A stretch of DNA of 64,000 nt, taken from assembly GCA_965214935.1 (NCBI GenBank), contig CBDCCS010000014.1:32001-96000 (forward strand). The letters are read 5' to 3'. Below the pieces are notes generated by a model, which saw nothing but the letters and a program-made list of their open reading frames with translations, had not been told where the DNA came from and did not search any database. Position 1 is the first letter of the stretch. Each line of letters begins with the position of its first letter. The translations under genes were made by a program, and so were the position numbers. The stretch comes from Candidatus Velthaea sp. GTDB lineage: Bacteria > Vulcanimicrobiota > Vulcanimicrobiia > Vulcanimicrobiales > Vulcanimicrobiaceae. Shown piece by piece: positions 57,871-64,000 of the stretch.

Positions 57871-59226
57871 TTACGGCGACCAGCTTTTGGTATAACCGAT
57901 CGCGCGCTTCTGATCGGCGATGATGGTCCTCGATGCCATGTACAGATGATACGCCGCCCAGAAGCCCGTGGGCGCCAGCACCAGCAGCGCCGCGCGCAGC
58001 GATTCGGCGTCGGTGGCATGGCCATGCGCAAACCAGTCGCTCAAGAATCCCACCATCCACGGCGCCACGATCAGATTCAGGATGTTGGCCACCAGCAGCG
58101 AAATGGCGATGAACATGTTGCGCATGTGGCACGGCGCCAGATTGTTGAGCAGGCCGAAACACGGCCCGATGTAGAAGTAGATCGCCGGTATGAAAATGCA
58201 GAACATGGCCTTCGCCATCCACAGGGAATGGGTCCAGTAGGCCAGCATGGAGGGGATGGTCGTCAACGCGACGCCGGCGCACATCAGCCAGACGACCCGC
58301 CGCGGATCGGCCATGGCCGGACGCGACAGCAGCCACGCCGTGCCCACCGTCGCCAGCGAGCCGCCGACGAGATGAATGTTGCCGGTGACTTCGCCCGCCT
58401 GGCCGACGTTCAGGTCGTAGGCGCGCTGCAGGAACGTCGGCGTCCAATAGATGAGGCCCCAGCCCCAGAGCGCGCACACGCCGCCGCCCATGACGACGTG
58501 GAACGCCGCTCGCTGCCGCCAGAGGAACCGCAGCGATTCGGCCAGCGAGGGCTTGATGTCGTCGACGATGGCGTCGAGGCGGCCGCGCGGCGGCTCGCGC
58601 ACCGTCAGGAACACCAGGATGCCCACCAGCAGCCCAGGCACACCGAGCGCAAGGAATGCCGCGCGCCAGTGATAGGCATGCGCGACGGCCCCGGCCATGT
58701 CGGCGCCGATCCAGGCGCCCAAGGGAGCGCCCAACGCCAGCACCGTCATCGCCATGGGACGCCGGTCCGCCGGAAAGCAATCCGACACGATGGCGGTGGA
58801 CGGCGGCGTGCCGCCGGCTTCGCCCACACCGACGCCGATGCGTCCGAGCAGGAACTGCAGGTAGTTGCCGGACAGGCCGCAGAGTGCCGTGAAGCCGGAC
58901 CAGATGATGAGGGAGGCGGCGAGAATGTTGCGGCGGTTGGAGCGGTCGGCCAGCCAGGAGATCGGAATGCCGAAGGCGACGTAGAAAATCGCGAGCGGTA
59001 TGCCGGTGAGGAATGCCACGCCGGCGTCATTGAGCTTAAGCTCCATCCTGATCGGCTCCAGAACCGTGGAGACGACGTACCGGTCGGCGATGTTGATCGC
59101 ATAGATCAGGCACATCAAAATGAGGACGTACCATCGCTCCACCGACGAGGGAGCCTGGGAACGCGGCATGTCGATCGCGGTGGTGCTCAAACGCTGCAAC
59201 CTCCTGGGTGTTTCCTCAGCCACCAT
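57871..59226 (-). CDS. MFS transporter (spinster-like)
   Basis: INIADR, WLADRSNRR motif A, GRIGVGVGEAG; about 12 TMs; start 59226 or 59169. Confidence 0.9.
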   Translation of the reverse strand: MVAEETPRRLQRLSTTAIDMPRSQAPSSVERWYVLILMCLIYAINIADRYVVSTVLEPIRMELKLNDAGVAFLTGIPLAIFYVAFGIPISWLADRSNRRNILAASLIIWSGFTALCGLSGNYLQFLLGRIGVGVGEAGGTPPSTAIVSDCFPADRRPMAMTVLALGAPLGAWIGADMAGAVAHAYHWRAAFLALGVPGLLVGILVFLTVREPPRGRLDAIVDDIKPSLAESLRFLWRQRAAFHVVMGGGVCALWGWGLIYWTPTFLQRAYDLNVGQAGEVTGNIHLVGGSLATVGTAWLLSRPAMADPRRVVWLMCAGVALTTIPSMLAYWTHSLWMAKAMFCIFIPAIYFYIGPCFGLLNNLAPCHMRNMFIAISLLVANILNLIVAPWMVGFLSDWFAHGHATDAESLRAALLVLAPTGFWAAYHLYMASRTIIADQKRAIGYTKSWSP

Positions 59227-59341
59227 ACAGGGTTCGCGCCGGTTGCGCGACGGACTATGGGCGCCCTGCGAATTCGAAAAATGACATGGGCGGATCGCGA
59301 AATGGCATAGCGGCACGGGGCGATCAGGCTAAGCTCGCAGC

Positions 59342-60952
59342 GTGGATCACTTCGACTATGTCATCGTCGGTGCCGGCACGGCGGGCTGCGTCCTCGCCGA
59401 ACGCCTGTCGGCCGACGGACGGCACAGCGTGCTGATACTCGAGGCCGGCGGCAGCGACTCGCGCTTCTGGATCAGGACGCCGATCGGCTATGGACGGACC
59501 TTCGCCGATCCGGCCGTGAATTGGAAGTATCAGACGGAGCCGAATCCGGGGCTGAACGGCCGCACCATGTACTGGCCGCGCGGCCGCGTCGTCGGCGGGT
59601 CGAGTTCGATCAACGCGCTGGTCTACTGCCGCGGGATGCCGCAGGATTTCGACGACTGGCGGCGCATGGGCAATGCGGGTTGGGGTTGGGACGACGTCAG
59701 GCCGTATTTCGAAAAATCCGAACGTCGCGTCGATTCCGCCGGCCATGCGAGCACCGACGGCGCGCTGGACGTCAAGGATGTGTCGCCGTACCTGCATCCG
59801 ATGCTCGCGAACTGGGTCGGCGCGGCGTCCGAACTCGGGATTCCCGTGACTCAGGATTTCAACGGCCCGGATCCCGAGGGATTCGGCTGCTACCAGGTCA
59901 CCATCCGCGACGGCCGGCGTCGCTCTGCGGCCGATGCCTTCCTGCGCCCGGCGCTGCGCCGCACGGACCGCGTCAAACTGGAGACCGGCGCCTGGGTCAG
60001 CAGGGTTCGCGTGCGTGACGGCCGCGCGACCGGCGTCGAGTGGTTCCGGGATGGCCGGGCGCGATTCGCGGCGGCGGATCGCGCGGTGATCCTGAGCGCC
60101 GGGGCCGTCAATTCCCCCCAGCTGCTGCAATTGTCCGGCATCGGACCGGGTGCGACCCTGGCGGCGCACGGCATCACGTCCGTGGTCGACAATCCCGCGG
60201 TCGGCGGTCACCTGCAGGACCACCTGGCCGTGGTCTATTCCTTCAAGGCGACCCAGCCGACGCTCAATAACGAACTGCATTCGCTCCGCGGCCAGCTGCG
60301 CGCCGGGCTGCGCTACCTGCTGACGCGCCGCGGCCCGCTGTCCCTCAGCGTCAATCAGTTCGGCGGCTTCACCCGCGCGAATCCGGCCGCGAACCGGCCG
60401 GACGTGCAGCTGTATTTCAATCCGGTGACCTACGGCACCGGCGATGCGACCCGCACACGCATCCAGGTCGACGGTTTCGCCGGATTTTATCTGTGCTTCC
60501 AGCCGACCCGGCCGACCAGCGTGGGACGCATCGACATCGCCGGCGGCAATTTTCGCGAGCCGCCGCGGATCGCCCCGAACTATCTGGCGAGCGAGTCCGA
60601 CGTCGATGACGTGGTGCATGGCGGCCGGCTGCTGCAGCGCATCGCCCGCACCCGTGCCATCCGGCAATTGACGCTCGAACCGCTCGTCCCGGACCTGCTG
60701 CGCATGGGGGATGCAGACCTGGTCGCCGACTTCCGCGCACGCGCCGCGACCGTCTATCATCCCGTCGGTACCTGCCGCATGGGCACCGAGCCGCGCGACT
60801 CGGTCGTCGATGCGCGGCTGCGGGTGCATGGCGTCGGCGGATTGCGGGTGGTGGATGCCTCGGTCTTCCCGACGGTGACCTCGGCGAATACCAATGCGCC
60901 CACCTTGATGGTCGCGCAGAAGGCGGCCGACCTGATCCTGGCCGACGGTTGA
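59342..60952 (+). CDS. GMC oxidoreductase (choline dehydrogenase-like)
   Basis: GAGTAG, PRGRVVGGSSSIN, HPVGTCRMG, LRVVDAS, NTNAPT. Confidence 0.92.
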   Translation: MDHFDYVIVGAGTAGCVLAERLSADGRHSVLILEAGGSDSRFWIRTPIGYGRTFADPAVNWKYQTEPNPGLNGRTMYWPRGRVVGGSSSINALVYCRGMPQDFDDWRRMGNAGWGWDDVRPYFEKSERRVDSAGHASTDGALDVKDVSPYLHPMLANWVGAASELGIPVTQDFNGPDPEGFGCYQVTIRDGRRRSAADAFLRPALRRTDRVKLETGAWVSRVRVRDGRATGVEWFRDGRARFAAADRAVILSAGAVNSPQLLQLSGIGPGATLAAHGITSVVDNPAVGGHLQDHLAVVYSFKATQPTLNNELHSLRGQLRAGLRYLLTRRGPLSLSVNQFGGFTRANPAANRPDVQLYFNPVTYGTGDATRTRIQVDGFAGFYLCFQPTRPTSVGRIDIAGGNFREPPRIAPNYLASESDVDDVVHGGRLLQRIARTRAIRQLTLEPLVPDLLRMGDADLVADFRARAATVYHPVGTCRMGTEPRDSVVDARLRVHGVGGLRVVDASVFPTVTSANTNAPTLMVAQKAADLILADG

Positions 60953-61020
60953 GCAGTCGCGCAGGAGCAACCAGAGATGCCGCATACAACACAGGTGCCA
61001 GCCACAACGCCAGGGATGTC

Positions 61021-62211
61021 ATGAAACTCGACAGTGTCAAAGTATTCGTCGTGGGGAATCCTCCGCCGGGTTTCGGCGGCAGGTACTTCGTGTTCCTGAA
61101 GCTGAAGACCGCCTGCGGCATCGAGGGACTCGGCGAGGTCTATGCCGCCACCTTCGGTCCGCACGTCGTCGCCTCGATGATCGAGGATCTGTTCCAGCGC
61201 CGCTTTGCCGGTCGCGATCCCTTCCAGATCGAGTCGATCTGGCGCGAAAGCTACGGCTCCGGCTTCAGCCTGCGTCCGGATCTGTCGCTCATGGGCGTGG
61301 TGAGCGGCCTGGAAATGGCCTGCTGGGACATCATCGGCAAGGCCGTGGGGCAGCCCGTCTACAATCTGCTCGGCGGCAGGGTGCACGAGCGCTTGCGCAG
61401 CTATACGTATCTCTATCCGGGCGACGGCGAGGGGGACGAGTTTTATCACGATGCCGAACGCTCGGCCGAGCGCGCCGCCGAATACGTCAAACAGGGATTT
61501 ACCGGCCTGAAATTCGATCCCACCGGCGGCTTCTCCGCCTACGATCCGCGGCAGCCGACCCGGGAGGCCCTGGAGCGCACCGTCCGGCTGGTGCGACTGG
61601 TGCGCGACGCGGTGGGTGACCAGGCCGACCTTCTGCTCGGTACGCACGGGCAATTCACCACCTCGGGAGCGATCCGTCTCGCGCGGCAGCTCGAAGCCTA
61701 CGACCCCCTCTGGTTCGAGGAGCCCGTACCTCCGGAAATGCCCGAACAGATGGCGCTGGTTGCCCGCGCAACCACGATTCCGATCGCAACGGGCGAACGC
61801 CTGACGACGAAATACGAATTCGCGCGCGTGCTGGCGGCGGGTGCCGCCAACATCCTGCAGCTGAACCTGGGACGCGTCGGCGGCCTGCTCGAGGCCAAGA
61901 AGGTCGCGGCCTTGGCGGAGGTGCACTACGCCCAGATCGCACCGCACCTGTACTGCGGACCGGTGGTCGGTGCCGCGAACATCCAGATCGCGGCCTGCTC
62001 GCCGAACTTCCTCATCCTGGAAAGCATCCAGCAATGGGGCGGCTTCCATGCCGCGATCCTGAAAACCCCCATTCGTTGGGAGAACGGCTTCGTGATTCCG
62101 CCAACGGCGCCCGGTCTCGGCGTGGAACTCGACGAAGCCGTGGCCCTCGCCCACCCGTATGCGGCCGACGGTCACTTACACCTTGAAATGATCGATCGGC
62201 CGCTCGGCTGA
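61021..62211 (+). CDS. Mandelate racemase/muconate lactonizing enzyme family protein
   Basis: ACWDIIGK, LKFDP, WFEEP, ATGER, APH, PTAPGLG. Confidence 0.9.
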   Translation: MKLDSVKVFVVGNPPPGFGGRYFVFLKLKTACGIEGLGEVYAATFGPHVVASMIEDLFQRRFAGRDPFQIESIWRESYGSGFSLRPDLSLMGVVSGLEMACWDIIGKAVGQPVYNLLGGRVHERLRSYTYLYPGDGEGDEFYHDAERSAERAAEYVKQGFTGLKFDPTGGFSAYDPRQPTREALERTVRLVRLVRDAVGDQADLLLGTHGQFTTSGAIRLARQLEAYDPLWFEEPVPPEMPEQMALVARATTIPIATGERLTTKYEFARVLAAGAANILQLNLGRVGGLLEAKKVAALAEVHYAQIAPHLYCGPVVGAANIQIAACSPNFLILESIQQWGGFHAAILKTPIRWENGFVIPPTAPGLGVELDEAVALAHPYAADGHLHLEMIDRPLG

Positions 62212-62221
62212 GGGGACAGGC

Positions 62222-63133
62222 ATGCGTTATGGATTCATCGGGCTCGGATCGCTCGGCAAACATCTGGCGGCCGGCCTGACCCGGGGTGGTTTCGACGTCA
62301 CCGTGCATGACCTGCAGCGGCCGGCGGCCGACGCCGTGCTGGCACTCGGCGCCGCGTGGGCCGACTCGGTGCCGGAGCTGGCGCAGCGGTGCGACGCGCT
62401 CATCACCTGTCTGCCGACGCCCGCGGCGAGCGCCGCCGTGCTCGCGCAGGCGTTGCCCGGCCTGCGCTCCGGCAGCACGTGGATCGAAATGAGCACCAAC
62501 GACTTCGCCGAGATCGAGACCCTGGCGCAGCGCGCGGCGCTGCAGGGTGTCGCGACGCTGGCCTGCCCCGTGACCGGCGGCGTGCACCGCGCCGAAGCCG
62601 GCGACATCACGGTGCTCGTCGGCGGCCCGCGCGAGCTCTGCGATCTGCACGAGCCCGCACTGCAGGCGATGGGCGGGCGGGTGATCCATCTCGGCGGCAT
62701 CGAGCAGGCGGCGGTCACCAAGGTGGTCACCAACATGCTGGCGTTCATCCACCTGATCGCGGCCGGCGAGGCCCTGATGCTGTGCGCCAAGGGTGGCGTC
62801 GATCTGCGGGCCGCATTCGATGCCATCGCCGCCAGCTCCGGCAACAGCTTCGTGCACGAGACCGAAAGTCAGGTGATCTTGAACGGCAGCTACGATATCG
62901 GCTTCACCATGGATCTCGCGTGCAAGGACGCCGGCTTCGCGGTCGAATTCGGCCGCCGCTTCGGCGTGCCGCTGCGCATCGCCGGCGTCATGGAACAGAT
63001 CTTCATCGAGGGTCGCGCCCGCTATGGAGGTGGCGCATTCTCGTCCATGATCGTCAAGCTGCTCGAGGATGCGGTGCACACGCCGTTACGCGCGCCCGGC
63101 TTTCCGGCGCGGTTGGGTCCGGAACACGCCTAG
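62222..63133 (+). CDS. NAD(P)-dependent beta-hydroxyacid dehydrogenase family protein
   Basis: GFIGLGSLG, EMST, PVTGG, KVVTN, FTMDL..KD. Confidence 0.88.
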   Translation: MRYGFIGLGSLGKHLAAGLTRGGFDVTVHDLQRPAADAVLALGAAWADSVPELAQRCDALITCLPTPAASAAVLAQALPGLRSGSTWIEMSTNDFAEIETLAQRAALQGVATLACPVTGGVHRAEAGDITVLVGGPRELCDLHEPALQAMGGRVIHLGGIEQAAVTKVVTNMLAFIHLIAAGEALMLCAKGGVDLRAAFDAIAASSGNSFVHETESQVILNGSYDIGFTMDLACKDAGFAVEFGRRFGVPLRIAGVMEQIFIEGRARYGGGAFSSMIVKLLEDAVHTPLRAPGFPARLGPEHA

Positions 63134-63507
63134 ACGCCGTTTTCGTCGCCGTGCCGCGCGCCAGCCGTTCTTCGATGTGGTGAGTGCGCAACGGTTGGCC
63201 GGCGACGAAGGAAGAGTTTTGTAAATAGCACAAAATATGTCGCAATTTGGCATGGGGGCATCGCTTAACAGCATAGCAATCACGACCCGATCGGATAAGC
63301 TCGATTGAAATGTGGATGACACATTCGAACGCGATCTGACGTATTCGAGCAACACGCGGGGCGTGTCCGGAGACTCAGAGCGATGAAGTCGATGGTTGTC
63401 GCACGGGATTCTGAGGGGGGACGGGAGGCTGTTGCAGGCGTGCAGCAACCGTTGAACGCATTTAACGCGCGATCGAAAGCCGCTAAATACTAAAGGGATC
63501 GTCAAGC

Positions 63508-64000
63508 ATGAATTCAAATCCGAAGCTGTCCTATGCGATTGCCGCCATCTTGGGCAGCTCCAGCATGGGGTTCTCCGCACACGCCGCCACGGCCACCGAC
63601 ACCAGCGACTCCGAGGGAATCCAGGAGATCACGGTGACCGCGCAGCGCCGCACGGAGAATATGCAGGACGTGCCCATCACGATCCAGGCACTGACCTCCG
63701 AGACCCTGAAACAGCTCAACGTGTCGACGTTGGACGATTTCATCAAGTACACCCCGAACGTCACCCAGGCGAGCAACGGTCCCGGCCAGAGCAACATCTA
63801 CATGCGCGGCTTGTCGCTGGGGGCGGCGGGATCGCAGGGAGCCGGCACCACCGGCCAGATCCCCAACGTGGCGGTCTACTTGGATGACCAGTCGGGGTCG
63901 CTGCCCGGCCGCAACCTCGACGTTTATGCCGCGGATCTGGAGCGGATCGAGGTTCTCGAAGGTCCCCAGGGAACCCTGTTCGGTTCCGGCGCCGAGGCCG
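63508..64000 (+). CDS. TonB-dependent receptor, 5' part (runs off the window end)
   Basis: Hand-translated MNSNPKLSYAIAAILG...EITVTAQRRTENMQDVPITI...YMRG...VAVYLDD...DLERIEVLEGPQGTLFG. Confidence 0.9.
   Translation, partial: MNSNPKLSYAIAAILGSSSMGFSAHAATATDTSDSEGIQEITVTAQRRTENMQDVPITIQALTSETLKQLNVSTLDDFIKYTPNVTQASNGPGQSNIYMRGLSLGAAGSQGAGTTGQIPNVAVYLDDQSGSLPGRNLDVYAADLERIEVLEGPQGTLFGSGAEA

Noticed and set aside
57863..58780. N-terminal extension making a 627-aa LysR
   Set aside because: Off-frame overlap with the MFS gene; the HTH begins right after ATG 57862

Overview
Gene-dense, high-GC bacterial sequence that appears to be two different genomes joined at about 54160-54172. Left part (1-~54165): a diderm organism with a Terrabacteria-like gene set (TonB-dependent receptors together with pdxST, scpAB, split gcvPA/PB and rplU-prp). 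My inference is Ca. Eremiobacterota/WPS-2-like. It carries a putative purine-nucleoside scavenging locus (TBDR, secreted adenosine deaminase, BMP lipoprotein, 2OG-Fe(II) oxygenase, second TBDR, NCS2 permease), P450, AKR, an SSS symporter, pdxST, galT-like plus glycoside hydrolase, ispE, ubiX, a degenerate AddAB/AdnAB-like pair, DUF1800/DUF1501, dinB, nfo, a minimal RecG-like helicase, scpAB, glycine cleavage genes, TetR/VOC, speDE, sufB and rplU-prp. Right part (~54170-64000): a proteobacterial-style N-methylamine/betaine catabolic cluster (truncated Rieske oxygenase, GcvT/DMGDH-like, LysR, MFS, GMC, enolase-superfamily enzyme, beta-hydroxyacid dehydrogenase, partial TBDR). The best novel candidate is an unannotated 22-aa amphipathic peptide gene (27731-27799) with a perfect Shine-Dalgarno, directly upstream of a helical-repeat/LuxR-HTH regulator, i.e. 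a possible peptide-signalling module. Other highlights are three genes that seem to need non-canonical ATC/CTG starts, a 44-bp palindromic bidirectional promoter, a long structured speD leader and a Cys-to-Ser amidinotransferase. I saw no tRNA, rRNA, CRISPR array or IS element. All family calls come from motif recognition by eye, not database searches.
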